This document shows positions 34,105 through 44,680 of a stretch of 64,000 nt of DNA, in pieces (position 1 is the first letter of the stretch; every line of letters starts with the position of its first letter). Source of the DNA: an uncultured virus (IMG/VR IMGVR_UViG_3300030101_003884) (lineage: Duplodnaviria; Heunggongvirae; Uroviricota; Caudoviricetes); IMG/VR virus record IMGVR_UViG_3300030101_003884. One strand, 5' to 3'. The notes beneath the pieces are model-generated. The model did no database searches. It saw nothing but the letters and a program-made list of their open reading frames with translations, and had not been told where the DNA came from. A program made the position numbers and the translations under genes.

Positions 34105-36504
34105 TATTGATTACCCATTAAAAAATCTAAAGCACTTATATCTGTTGCAAAAGCATCAGGACTTGTACCTTGAATTACTTTACCAGTACCAAAACTATTT
34201 AAAATACCTTGAATATCACTATTAGTATAACCCATAGTATAGAATCTATTTTTTCTTAATCTATTTTTCTCTTCCACGATGCCAAGAAGTTCTTCATATT
34301 TTTGTACTATTTTTTCATCTGGTTCAACACCTAAGAATCCAGTTAACTCTTCAATTAAATCTAAGTCTCGGTTTGTTAATNNNNNNNNNNAGAGTTCTTG
34401 CATTAACTTTTAATTTACCAAGTATTTCTGAAGCTGATGGATTACCAGCTAAGAATTTTTGTGTTTTGTTTTCAAATTTTTCTAAAACTTTATTTGTTCT
34501 TTTTTCTAAATCTTTAAACGCTTCATCACTCATATCTCCTTGAGACATTGTAAAGTCTGTTGAAACAGATCCAACAAGACCATCTTTAACTTCACCTGGT
34601 AGGTTTTTAAGAACTTCTGCAAATCCTAAAATTATTCCAGATCCTCCAATTGCTTTTCTACCTGCATCAGTGGACATTAACGCGATTTGTTCTTTTAAGA
34701 TATCAGAAGATAATTGACCATCAGCTATTAATCTTATGTTATCCATGTATGCTGCAGTATCTTTTTGTGCATAGAACTGACCTGCATCGGGTGCAGCTAA
34801 TCTGTATTGTTTACCATCATAGACATAAACCTCTCCTGTATTTTTATCTCTTTTACCCTCAAAGAATTGACCACCTTGTTCAAAGGAACCTAACTCAAAT
34901 TTACTATTACCTTGTGCATCAAGAGCATCTTTCAAAGCTTCATTTCTTAATTCTAATAAATCAGTATTGTAACTCAAAACAGTAGAAGCCCAGTCTCTGT
35001 AAGCTTCATCATTCTTCATTTTGACTAATACTTTTGCATCAATCGCAGGTCCTAAAGCATTTCCAAATATTTCAGCTGCACCTGCAAAACCACCTTTCAT
35101 TGTTTTACCTGATAGTAATCCAGCAGCTAATTTCATTAAGAATACTCTCTGAGGATTCATTTCAGTTTTTCTTGGATCTGCTCTCAAAAATTGTGTCATG
35201 TCAATTGTCTCTGCTGCTTTTTTAGCTTCATTTATTTCTGAATCTTCAGTTGGCTGTTGATTAGTTCCATTTCCTGTTTCTCCAGCAGTAGCTGATGATA
35301 TACCATCACCACCCGCATTTTTACCTTCTGGTGTTATTTTATTTTGAACTTCTTGAACTGTTTTTTCTTCTTTTATATATTGAGGGTGTTTTGGATCGTT
35401 AACTTTATTTGGAACTTGAGCGTACAGTTCATCACTTTTAACGATTGCATCTACATTGTTTGATTCAATACCACCTTCAGTGATAGCTAATGCTAAATTA
35501 GTTGCTTTATTTACATCAAGATTTTTTTGTGCCATTAATGCATTTCTTAATTCTGCAACAGCTATATTTTTATCTAACGTCCTTTGACCAAGAACTGAAT
35601 CTGCTTGCATAGCATCATCAGGACTCATAGATGCTGTTTCTTCTGTCATCATAATAGCTCTATCTTTTTCTTTTATTTTTTTAACCAATTCATCTACATC
35701 TTGAAAATATCTTCCATATTGTTTTGAATCGTCCATATACTGTCTCATTTCTCCCGCAATTCTTTGTTCAACAGATTTTGAACCTGGGGGACCCTCTGGC
35801 GTTTTATCTAAACCACCTGCAACTATACTTCCTGCAGAGGAACCACCTAAAATAATTTTTCCTAAATCACTTGAAGTCATTGGTCTTTGTCCACCAAATG
35901 AAAGATCTCTGTTAAATATATCCATAGCTTTTTTTTCATCAATGTTATTTGCTCTTGCATAATCTTTGACCATTTTTGCTTCATCGAAATATGCTTTAGT
36001 CCCACCAGTTAAAGCCATTAAACCACCAATACCTATTGCACCAATTGGATTTGATGTAGAAAATCTTGAACCTGCACCTAAAATTTTAGTTAAAGCTTTT
36101 GATGTAGGACTTTTTCCAAAAGCTAACGGCAAAGCAGCTAACTCAGAAAACGCTGCTGTTTGTATTAAGGGATCAGGTATACCCATTGCTTCAGCACCAG
36201 CATATAATGCACCAAGACCTGATAAGCCCCTCGCAAACTTTGCACTACCTGCTTTAAGTTTTGATTTACCAAAACCAGTAATATATTGACCTGATTTAGG
36301 ATCGTATGCAAAGGATTTACCCTGTGGTCCTTGAAATTGTAGTGGAAAATTTGAGTATTGTGATTTAGGAACAAATACGGGTCCCTGCTGCATTGCAGGT
36401 CCTTGCGCAAAAGTGCCAATCTTGGCTCTTATTGGTTTTAAAACTCCTTTACGAAGTGCCTCCCTTCTAAACATAGGTCTATTTAAAACTTTGTTTAAAG
36501 ACAT
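34104..36504 (-). CDS. Internal virion/ejection protein (one gene broken by N gap at 34381-34390)
   Basis: ORFs 34351-36504 and 34104-34403 abut across the gap. Confidence 0.65.
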
Positions 36505-37349
36505 TATGCCCCCGCTTTATTAGGTGAGAAAGCTGAGAAAGCTGCAATACCTGTTCCAACAGATTGTGCTAATGGACTTGTTGATGGTGCAGTTCCCATA
36601 GTAATACCTGATTGTGTCTTTGGACCAGCAGCATACAAGTTTGCAAGAAATTCTGCTCTTTGATAAGGCTCGTACTGTTGTTGTAATGTAGATTGTCTTT
36701 GTGCATCTAATGCTTGTTGAGCTAATTGTCTTTGAACCCCACCTGCAGAAAATAATTGATTGATATCTGCTTGTGCCATTTGTTGTTGACCTAATCCCAT
36801 TTGACCAAGTTGTTGACCAGCAGACAAACCAACTTGTTGTTGTCTTTGTGCTGCACCAAGAGCAGTATTAAAACCAGCCTGTTGAGCTCTACCCATTGCT
36901 TCAAGAGTTCTTCCCTGTAATTCTGCTTGTTGCACTCCTTCTCTTCCACCACCAAATGCACCAGAACCAACAGCTTGTGCACCTAATTGATTTTGCATCA
37001 TTTGTGATTGTCTTGCAATTTCATCAGTTACATATGATTGATATGGATTTAAATATTGTGCTATTTGTGATGCACCGATTGGAGCTGCTGCGCCTTGAAT
37101 TTGTGCTATACCTTGGTTTACAGTTCCTGCTCCAACTCCTGTTGTACCTGCTGCAGTAATTCCTTGTTGTTCTAATCCAGATAAAGGAGCAACTTGTATA
37201 TCAGGAAGATTAATTGGTTCTTGCGCTACTTGACGCGCAATGTCCATCAACTCTATTTTTCTTTCTTCTATACCAGGTGCCTCTCTCACAAACGATGTTT
37301 GTGAAGTAGGTGGTGCTGCTTGTGATCTTCCTCCGCCAAAAAAACTCAT
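36504..37349 (-). CDS. Gln/Gly/Ala-rich DNA transfer (ejection) protein
   Basis: YLNPYQ...GAFGGGREGVQQAE. Confidence 0.7.
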   Translation of the reverse strand: MSFFGGGRSQAAPPTSQTSFVREAPGIEERKIELMDIARQVAQEPINLPDIQVAPLSGLEQQGITAAGTTGVGAGTVNQGIAQIQGAAAPIGASQIAQYLNPYQSYVTDEIARQSQMMQNQLGAQAVGSGAFGGGREGVQQAELQGRTLEAMGRAQQAGFNTALGAAQRQQQVGLSAGQQLGQMGLGQQQMAQADINQLFSAGGVQRQLAQQALDAQRQSTLQQQYEPYQRAEFLANLYAAGPKTQSGITMGTAPSTSPLAQSVGTGIAAFSAFSPNKAGA

Positions 37350-37350
37350 A

Positions 37351-37812
37351 TTATATCCATCTTTCTAGTTGCACGTGTTTCTTTTTCCAACCCCATTTTT
37401 TGGAAACTTTTTCCCAACCAGGTCTTGCCATTATACTTAATCTTTTACACTGACTTATTTTTGCAAAATCAGTAATACATTCAATCAAAGAATCTTCCCA
37501 AAGATCTCTTCTTTTACCTGTACATATTGTTATTTCGTATTGATTATAATTAGGTAGAACAGCTATTCTTCCAATACAAATACCAAACACTTTGTTCTCT
37601 TCACTTTCATCAGAGCCAAACATAATCCAACACTGCATCATATCTTTTTTAAGTTCATTGTATATCCAAGATGAGTCAGCATATTTTCCTGAAAAAGCCA
37701 AAGCTTCAGAGACCATGAATTCTGCTAAAGGCCAAAATTTTTCTACATCTTTTGGCTCAATTGGAATAATACTTACAAGTGGTTTAATTTGTTTTTTGTT
37801 TACTTTTGCCAT
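37351..37812 (-). CDS. GNAT-like virion assembly protein
   Basis: FAKISQCKRLSIMARPGWEKV; position before ejection genes. Confidence 0.5.
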   Translation of the reverse strand: MAKVNKKQIKPLVSIIPIEPKDVEKFWPLAEFMVSEALAFSGKYADSSWIYNELKKDMMQCWIMFGSDESEENKVFGICIGRIAVLPNYNQYEITICTGKRRDLWEDSLIECITDFAKISQCKRLSIMARPGWEKVSKKWGWKKKHVQLERWI

Positions 37813-38797
37813 TTTTCTCCTTCAATAAGTCAAACACTCTTTTGTATCTTGCTTGTTGTTCATAGAAATATTTGGCACCTTTTTCTCTCATATCTTTTAT
37901 GCTACTTGGATTAGCACCTGCTATGATTCCAGCACCTAATACTCCATCTGCTCTTGTTACAAACTCACCGTCTGCTAATTGAGCTAACATTGTATCCTCG
38001 TCTTTATCACCGACTCCTGCTCCGTCCTCAACGTACCCTGTGGCTCTAACATAATTATTAGAGTCGTTTTCATCATGGGTTGTTTTTGATGGTAAATAAT
38101 TTATCCCACCTTGATTAAATTTTTTTATTTCAGCAAGTCCCCCTGTTTTTAATCTTGTTTGACTTAAAGAGTAAGGACCTACTCTTGGATCCCCTAATCC
38201 TTGTTCTTCAGGTGCATAAACTTTTTCATATTTTTTTTCTTGACCAGTGGTTGGGTCAATGTAAGTGTATCCAGGTCTTTGTTCTTTTAAATTTAAATAA
38301 CTCATGTTGTATCCAGGTGTATAAATATCAGTTGGCCCTTGATCAAACGCACCACCAAAATATGTTAATGCTGCAAGAGAGCCACCAACTTTAATTGGAT
38401 CATATTTCCCTGTTTCCTTGTCTTTTAAAATATCTAATAGAGTTCCGCCTTTTGTCGTTTCTGTATTTGCCACATAATTTCGGTTAGGAATTAAATTACC
38501 AAATTTATCCACACCTAAATTTTTTGGGTTTGCTGTTCCTTGAATACTTGATCCAACAAAAGGGAGACTACTCACACCTGGTAATTGTGTAAAGGAAGGT
38601 ATGAAATTAGCTGATGTTGGATTGCCAAAACCTGCAGCACTTACACCAGGCACCATTTTACCACCATAGTAACCTATAGTAGCTCCTGTTGCTGTGTTTA
38701 ATAATCTATTGATACCACTTATTCCTTGGTCTTTAGAATCCTTGTAACCTTTGTATCCTCCGTATGCTGCTAATGCGTAGGGTAATAAATTAAGCAT
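37784..38797 (-). CDS. Internal virion protein with xxGG motifs
   Basis: LKTGGL, FNQGGI, DTMLAQLADGEFV. Confidence 0.6.
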   Translation of the reverse strand: MLNLLPYALAAYGGYKGYKDSKDQGISGINRLLNTATGATIGYYGGKMVPGVSAAGFGNPTSANFIPSFTQLPGVSSLPFVGSSIQGTANPKNLGVDKFGNLIPNRNYVANTETTKGGTLLDILKDKETGKYDPIKVGGSLAALTYFGGAFDQGPTDIYTPGYNMSYLNLKEQRPGYTYIDPTTGQEKKYEKVYAPEEQGLGDPRVGPYSLSQTRLKTGGLAEIKKFNQGGINYLPSKTTHDENDSNNYVRATGYVEDGAGVGDKDEDTMLAQLADGEFVTRADGVLGAGIIAGANPSSIKDMREKGAKYFYEQQARYKRVFDLLKEKNGKSKQKTN

Positions 38798-38846
38798 TAT
38801 GTATAAATTCTCCTATTTAAGATCTTAAGTTTACAATATTACCATT

Positions 38847-39722
38847 TTACTTGGTTGATATCAACTCATCGTGAAACTTGCCCTGATATTGATGCTCACC
38901 CACATGAACTATTGAGTCATTAATATAGGCATAGCACTTACCCCCTAAGTCTCTCCAGAGCTTACAAAAAGCAAAATCTTCACCATTATAAGTCTTTTCT
39001 TTTGGATCGTGTAACGTGTCAAAAAAGTTCCATAAATTAGGTCTCTCAACATATTTTCCGTTAATTACAGTTTTTTGTACTATTTTTTTGTCAGGATATT
39101 TTTCAATCATTTTCTCTATTACTTCTCTTTTGATTAACATACATCCAGTAGGTGAATCGGTTACTTCTATCACTCCTTTTTTTACTTTTATATTTACTGG
39201 GTCAGGTAATTTCATCGGATAGGTGTGGAGCGCACGTCTTATATCATCTGGTGATTTGATTAGACCTTGTTTCATTTTTTCAAAAGCTTTATCCCATAAC
39301 AATGTTTTCAATGGGTATGGAACAGATATAATAGGTTTATCTGCTTTCAACATACTAAATATAGATTTACCCTGAAAAAATATGTCAGAATCTATAAACA
39401 ATAGATGTGTAGCTTTTGAATCTAAAAACCCAGCAACACATAAATTTCTACCTTGTGTAACTAGTGATGATTTAATTAAATGAAAAGATACTTTTAATTT
39501 ATTTTTAAAACATTCTTGTTGAAATTCAATTAAGGCTTGTGTGTAATGAATTGAAACTTCACTATGTACAGGTGTAGCTACAAATACTTGAAAATTTTTG
39601 TACTCTTCATTTTTTTCTTTCCATAATGGCTCAATAGCTTTTTCGTAATCTGATTGTACTTCAATGTTTACTTCTTGTAGGGTTTGATATGTATCTTCAT
39701 TTATATATTTATTGTTTGACAC
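38847..39722 (-). CDS. GT-A fold glycosyltransferase-like protein
   Basis: FVATP, SLVTQGRN, LFIDSD, TGCMLIKR, GEDFAFC. Confidence 0.75.
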   Translation of the reverse strand: MSNNKYINEDTYQTLQEVNIEVQSDYEKAIEPLWKEKNEEYKNFQVFVATPVHSEVSIHYTQALIEFQQECFKNKLKVSFHLIKSSLVTQGRNLCVAGFLDSKATHLLFIDSDIFFQGKSIFSMLKADKPIISVPYPLKTLLWDKAFEKMKQGLIKSPDDIRRALHTYPMKLPDPVNIKVKKGVIEVTDSPTGCMLIKREVIEKMIEKYPDKKIVQKTVINGKYVERPNLWNFFDTLHDPKEKTYNGEDFAFCKLWRDLGGKCYAYINDSIVHVGEHQYQGKFHDELISTK

Positions 39723-40638
39723 GTATAGCTCCTTTTAAAAAATTTTCCCATTCCATACCTTTTTTATCCCAGCTATAGAAATTTTTATAATATTTTTGTT
39801 GTTCATCCAAATGATTTTGTATTGTATCCGTATGTAAATAGCCAGCACATACATCAATAGCACCCGCTATACTTACAGCTAACAGTTCTAAATTTTTTGT
39901 ATAGTTTACATATACAGGCCATTCCGCACATGTTTCTGGAAGAGCTCCGAAGTTTGTTGTTATTACATGAAGGCCAGATGCCATTGCTTCTAACGCAGAT
40001 ACACAGAATGTTTCTTCAAAAATTGATGGGTATACGAATAAATCATAATCAGTCATGTGTTTTAGTATATATTCGTTGGGTTTGTATCCTATATAATTTA
40101 CATTTGGTAATTTTTCAGCTTGAACAAAAAGAGGTCCTGTATCTCTATCTGCTTTCTTCGCAAAATCGCTGCCGTATACTTTATTTGAACTATACACATC
40201 TAAAGTTACATTTTTATTTTGTACATATTGCATGGCTAATAACAAAACATTCAACCCTCTCCAAGGTGTACAATGATGTATAATACGTATTGGTTCTCCT
40301 TTTTTATACACTTTTCTTTTTGGAAAATGATTTACACCATTTTTTATAACCATACATTTATCTTCTGGTAGTTGAAAAAAATATCTAAATTTTTCAAAGT
40401 TCCAGTGTGAGTTAAAAACATACCAATCGTATTCATGATGCCTATTTTTATTTCTAAAAAAACTTTGTAAATTTGGTTGATCCCAAGAATTTTTTTGCCA
40501 GAGTATATTAATTTTTTTGGGGTCTAATGGCACCTTTCCTGGAATAGATGTACAAATTTGAAATTTATCTAATATATCTTTCGAAACGTATTTTTCTAAC
40601 AACTCGTGTTGTATCTCAGTTGCACCTCTGGGTTTCAT
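39709..40638 (-). CDS. GT-B fold (group 1) glycosyltransferase
   Basis: PWRGL, YPSIFEETFCVSALEAMASG (EX7E). Confidence 0.85.
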   Translation of the reverse strand: MKPRGATEIQHELLEKYVSKDILDKFQICTSIPGKVPLDPKKINILWQKNSWDQPNLQSFFRNKNRHHEYDWYVFNSHWNFEKFRYFFQLPEDKCMVIKNGVNHFPKRKVYKKGEPIRIIHHCTPWRGLNVLLLAMQYVQNKNVTLDVYSSNKVYGSDFAKKADRDTGPLFVQAEKLPNVNYIGYKPNEYILKHMTDYDLFVYPSIFEETFCVSALEAMASGLHVITTNFGALPETCAEWPVYVNYTKNLELLAVSIAGAIDVCAGYLHTDTIQNHLDEQQKYYKNFYSWDKKGMEWENFLKGAIRVKQ

Positions 40639-40838
40639 TAATCCTTCGTTTCTACACCCATTGAAACTTTTGTAACCTTTATTTCAAGGTCTTGTCTAAA
40701 ATCATCTTCAGTAGTATCGGTATTGGGATTAGCAACATCAGCATCGAACTCAGCTTTGTCAGCATATACTTTTAACGTTCTTTTATGTTTAATAATTTCT
40801 TTAGCTTCTGCAGGTATTTTTATAACTTTATCTGTCAT
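40638..40838 (-). CDS. Small conserved phage protein
   Basis: 66 aa, coupled overlaps. Confidence 0.55.
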   Translation of the reverse strand: MTDKVIKIPAEAKEIIKHKRTLKVYADKAEFDADVANPNTDTTEDDFRQDLEIKVTKVSMGVETKD

Positions 40839-40969
40839 TGTGGTCTGCCTTGTCTGTTGTAAGGTTTATAATCTCTTTTTTCATTTTTTGAAAGGTTTTT
40901 TTTATGTACTCTAGGACGTTTTTTAGGTTTTGCCCTAGGTACAAAATGTGTAAATTTTTGTTTAGCCAT
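40835..40969 (-). CDS. Small Lys/Arg-rich protein (44 aa, not in ORF track)
   Basis: MAKQKFTHFVPRAKPKKRPRVHKKNLSKNEKRDYKPYNRQGRPQ; overlaps both neighbours. Confidence 0.65.
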   Translation of the reverse strand: MAKQKFTHFVPRAKPKKRPRVHKKNLSKNEKRDYKPYNRQGRPQ

Positions 40970-41297
40970 TTTCTTGTGATCTATCTATAAGTGCATAACT
41001 TATTGTACCAGTTATCTGATTTGCTGATCCTGCTTGTATTTTAAGAACATCGGAAGCTTCAAGTGCAATTGTATCGCTAACCATATTAGCAAAATTTTTG
41101 TTCAATTGTTTGTGGCTTATTTCAACATCAGATCCCCCAGATTTTTGTAAAAATAAATCTACATCAACGTTACTTGCTGTTCCATGACTTGCTTGGACAT
41201 TTTTTACCAGACAGGTAGCGTCACTAGGGCAAGTCAAGATAGTTGTCTTGTCAGTTGTAGTTAAATTAAATGTTTCACTTTTATATCTAATTGTCAT
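40962..41297 (-). CDS. Putative virion structural protein
   Basis: Beta-rich 111 aa, LEASDVLKIQA. Confidence 0.55.
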   Translation of the reverse strand: MTIRYKSETFNLTTTDKTTILTCPSDATCLVKNVQASHGTASNVDVDLFLQKSGGSDVEISHKQLNKNFANMVSDTIALEASDVLKIQAGSANQITGTISYALIDRSQENG

Positions 41298-41458
41298 GAC
41301 ATAAAATAATTAAACGCATCTTGTTCGTTTTTCAAGTCTGTTTGATAGGATGTATTTAATTGATTCTCCACTGTAGATATTGCTTGGTTAATTTGCCTAA
41401 AACCTTCTTCACTATATTCTTTAGGAGGTTCAGGTACGTATACATTTATCTTAGCCAT
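41294..41458 (-). CDS. Small tail-module protein (54 aa, not in ORF track)
   Basis: MAKINVYVPEPPKEYSEEGFRQINQAISTVENQLNTSYQTDLKNEQDAFNYFMS; coupled overlaps. Confidence 0.65.
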   Translation of the reverse strand: MAKINVYVPEPPKEYSEEGFRQINQAISTVENQLNTSYQTDLKNEQDAFNYFMS

Positions 41459-42051
41459 TATCCTTTTCTTCCTCTTCCTGCTGCTCCTGCTGGATCAATA
41501 CTTTCTTGATTAGCGGCTGAAATACCAACTGATCTTGATGCAGAGGTGCTTGCTGGCATTTGTCCCATACCTCTATCATCGGATGTTCTTTGACTGCTGG
41601 TTCTTGCGTCTATTTGTTTTTGCAATCCTCTAGCTTGAGCCATGTTTCTAGCGGCTGCGTCTATTCTACCTTGTGCACCACCATATCTTTGCATATCTAA
41701 ATAGTCAGCCAAAGAAGTAGCTTGTCCAAAATCTGAACCTCTTATTTTTTGATTTAAACTTTGTAAACCACCACCCATAATTAAATTAGAACCTGGAATC
41801 ATAAACCCTACAGCTGTCCTTAGTAAATTACCAATTCCTTTTTGTTGTTTTTTATTATCTAAATTTTTTTGAAAATTTAATTTTTTTTCTGCTAAAGTCA
41901 TAGGTTGTAAATTAGATGTAGACTCTCCGTAAGTTGGTGGATTTAACATTTCATTATATAATGGAGCTAATCCTTGCTGCACATTTGTAACCAAAGGTTC
42001 ATTTACACGTGCATTATTATAATACAATTCTTCGTTTGTAGGTAATATCAT
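41458..42051 (-). CDS. Hypothetical low-complexity virion protein
   Basis: 197 aa Gly/Gln-rich. Confidence 0.5.
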   Translation of the reverse strand: MILPTNEELYYNNARVNEPLVTNVQQGLAPLYNEMLNPPTYGESTSNLQPMTLAEKKLNFQKNLDNKKQQKGIGNLLRTAVGFMIPGSNLIMGGGLQSLNQKIRGSDFGQATSLADYLDMQRYGGAQGRIDAAARNMAQARGLQKQIDARTSSQRTSDDRGMGQMPASTSASRSVGISAANQESIDPAGAAGRGRKG

Positions 42052-43976
42052 CTTCTTCCATCCGCATTTACATCAGCTCTAAATGTTCCAAATCTCCATG
42101 TTTCGTCAACAGCTGTATTTTCTACTTTTAAATTTGCTAAACGTCCTCTAGCTCTTGTATCAATTTTTTGTGTGCTTGAGTTTATAGTAAATGGACCTAA
42201 TTGTGAAGATGCGCTTGTATCTATAGGAAAATTTTTTAGTCCAATAGTCACTACTGCATTACCTTGTAAATTTTTAAAATCAGGTAAAAAACGACTTATT
42301 CTCATTAAAAATTGACCATCACCTTCTTGTTGTATATCAAAATCTCCTGATTGTATAAAAGCAGCTATGGGTGTTTCGTTTCCATTTAAATCAACTCTGT
42401 TAAAACCTACTTCATGTGCAAAATATAAAGATGCTCCAAAAGTATTTGTTGCTCCGCTTAAAGTTGTTAAAGAAGGAGTTGCTGTAGTAGTATATTCAGT
42501 TGCGTAAGGAACTGAATATGTATTGGCATCTGCATACGAACTTCTTGCAAGAGTCATTACAGACCAAGTATTTTCAACATAATTATAAACAACAGTTCTA
42601 TTATTTTGAGTTGCTGCATTACCTACTGGAGTTCCTGCTGGGTAAAACCAAATTATTTCGTTAAATAAAGAATTATGAGACGCATAAATAATTTCATTAG
42701 AAGAATAGTTAATGCCTATATTTGAACCAGTAGTTGTAAACACAAAATCTTCAACCAATGATGGTAATAATTTTACTGTTCCATCAAATACAAAAAAACC
42801 TCCACCTGACCCCATCCAATAAACTGATCCATCCGCATATACAACAGCGTGTTGACCAATACAACCACAGTTTGAACCAACTTGTCTTATAGAAAAAGTA
42901 AATGGTGGACCAACAAACTGCATTATGTAAGCCGCAGTATCTGTTAAAATTAAATTATAGTCTTTACCAGAAACAGCAGCTACAATTTTGTTACCTGTAT
43001 CAAGTCTAAAAGTTCCTGCAGTGTTTACAGAAGTTGGTTGGTAAACACTAAAATTTTCTTGATCACTAAACCTAATAAACATTGGGTCTTGTGTTGTTGT
43101 ATCACCTATTGTTGTTTCTGTTCCAAAATGAACAACGTGCCTATCTCTATCTGAGGTAATAGTTAATCTTGTTGATGTAGGAGCACCAGTCATAACTGTT
43201 GCTCTAACGGTTAAAGGATTTGACGCTCCTGGATTCCAAGTAAATGTTTTACCATCTTTTACTGTGGCAATTAATTGTTGTCCAAAATTATCTAATGACC
43301 ATGATCCAGGATCTAAAATTACTTGTGTTGCTGTACTTCCTATTCCCCAAGCTACTGTTCCCCATGTGCTTGTGCCCCAACCATATCCATATGTTTGAAT
43401 TGTTGGACCTATTTCTTCATAAGGATTAATAGTAGCACTGCCTGCTGTAGACATTCCAGTTCCAGTTTCATTTGTTTTCATTTGTATAGTAAATGTATTG
43501 TTGTTTGGAACTGTTAAAATTTCAAAAGTAAAATCTGTAAAGTTAGCTGTTGTAAAACCAGTCGCACCACCACCTGGTAACGATACAGACGTAAAAGTAA
43601 TATATTCTCCAACATCTAAACCGTGACTTGTTTTTGTCACTGTGACTGTATTTGAATTTTGTGTGGATGTAAAAGTTGCTCCTGTTATTGCAGTTGCAAG
43701 AGGAGTAATATCATAAAATTTATCTTCATAATAAATATACAATGCTTTTGATGTTCCTAATGCTGCATATCTATTTCCTTCAAGATCTGTCCAAGTATGT
43801 TGAGCACGTGTTGGTCCTGATATTGTATTAGTACCTATAGCTTGAAAACCACCAATTTTTTCTGGTTGTCCGTATCTAAACCTTACAAAATCACCATCAA
43901 TCCATTGGCCTTCTGCACCTGAAGGTGTGTCTGATTTATTCAACCCTGGTCTTATTTGTACGTTTGTTAAAGGCAT
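42048..43976 (-). CDS. Tail nozzle/stabilisation protein (P22 gp10/T7 gp12-like)
   Basis: 642 aa beta-rich; WIDGDFVRFRYGQPEKIGG, IRFSDQE; position before ejection genes. Confidence 0.7.
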   Translation of the reverse strand: MPLTNVQIRPGLNKSDTPSGAEGQWIDGDFVRFRYGQPEKIGGFQAIGTNTISGPTRAQHTWTDLEGNRYAALGTSKALYIYYEDKFYDITPLATAITGATFTSTQNSNTVTVTKTSHGLDVGEYITFTSVSLPGGGATGFTTANFTDFTFEILTVPNNNTFTIQMKTNETGTGMSTAGSATINPYEEIGPTIQTYGYGWGTSTWGTVAWGIGSTATQVILDPGSWSLDNFGQQLIATVKDGKTFTWNPGASNPLTVRATVMTGAPTSTRLTITSDRDRHVVHFGTETTIGDTTTQDPMFIRFSDQENFSVYQPTSVNTAGTFRLDTGNKIVAAVSGKDYNLILTDTAAYIMQFVGPPFTFSIRQVGSNCGCIGQHAVVYADGSVYWMGSGGGFFVFDGTVKLLPSLVEDFVFTTTGSNIGINYSSNEIIYASHNSLFNEIIWFYPAGTPVGNAATQNNRTVVYNYVENTWSVMTLARSSYADANTYSVPYATEYTTTATPSLTTLSGATNTFGASLYFAHEVGFNRVDLNGNETPIAAFIQSGDFDIQQEGDGQFLMRISRFLPDFKNLQGNAVVTIGLKNFPIDTSASSQLGPFTINSSTQKIDTRARGRLANLKVENTAVDETWRFGTFRADVNADGRR

Positions 43977-43994
43977 AACCTATTTTACATTATT

Positions 43995-44669
43995 TTATAG
44001 CTTCTTCCAAGTCGCAGGAGACGGTATATTATGTTCTGATTTAACACCCTCTTTCATAGTTACCATTATGTCACCAGATATTGATATACGTGGTTTATCT
44101 TTTGTATTCTTTGCTGTTTCATGAAACATCATAGATGGAAATATAATTACATTCCCGGTCTCTGCAGGATACTCAGCTTTACCATAATTACTTTGGTTCC
44201 ATTCTGTAAAATACGGATCTCTTTTTGGTATGTTTAATCCAACCTTATGTGCGTCATCATCAAGCAAAAAAAGATTACCCTGCTCATAAGCTTGAGGATA
44301 GTAAACAAAACTAAAATGACTACTCATGTGTCTGTGGTAAGATATGAATTGATCTTTGACTGATAAAGTTGCCCAAGACTTTGTGATATATGCTTCGAGC
44401 AAATTTAAATTATACTTTTGTGCAGACAAACAATCTTGTATTACTTTTGATAATTCATTATATAATTTTTTAAATCTTATATCTGTATGAAGGTTATCAT
44501 CAATTGTTTGTAATTCTTTTGCTTTTATATCTGTAGTCGTTGAGTATTGAGAATTGGTTGGAGTAATATCTTTTAGTATTATTGGTACAATTTTTTTATT
44601 TATTTCTTCAAAGTTTTCTAACTTATTTATATAAATTGGATAACCAAACCATTTAGATAAGTTTGCCAT
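43995..44669 (-). CDS. 2OG-Fe(II) oxygenase-like protein
   Basis: SWAT...HRH...FSFVYY...IIFPS..FHE...RISIS. Confidence 0.75.
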   Translation of the reverse strand: MANLSKWFGYPIYINKLENFEEINKKIVPIILKDITPTNSQYSTTTDIKAKELQTIDDNLHTDIRFKKLYNELSKVIQDCLSAQKYNLNLLEAYITKSWATLSVKDQFISYHRHMSSHFSFVYYPQAYEQGNLFLLDDDAHKVGLNIPKRDPYFTEWNQSNYGKAEYPAETGNVIIFPSMMFHETAKNTKDKPRISISGDIMVTMKEGVKSEHNIPSPATWKKL

Positions 44670-44680
44670 AGGGCATTATA

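Noticed and set aside
34104..34403. Separate 99-aa gene or pseudogene
   Set aside because: Most likely the C-terminus of the 36504 gene, split by the N gap
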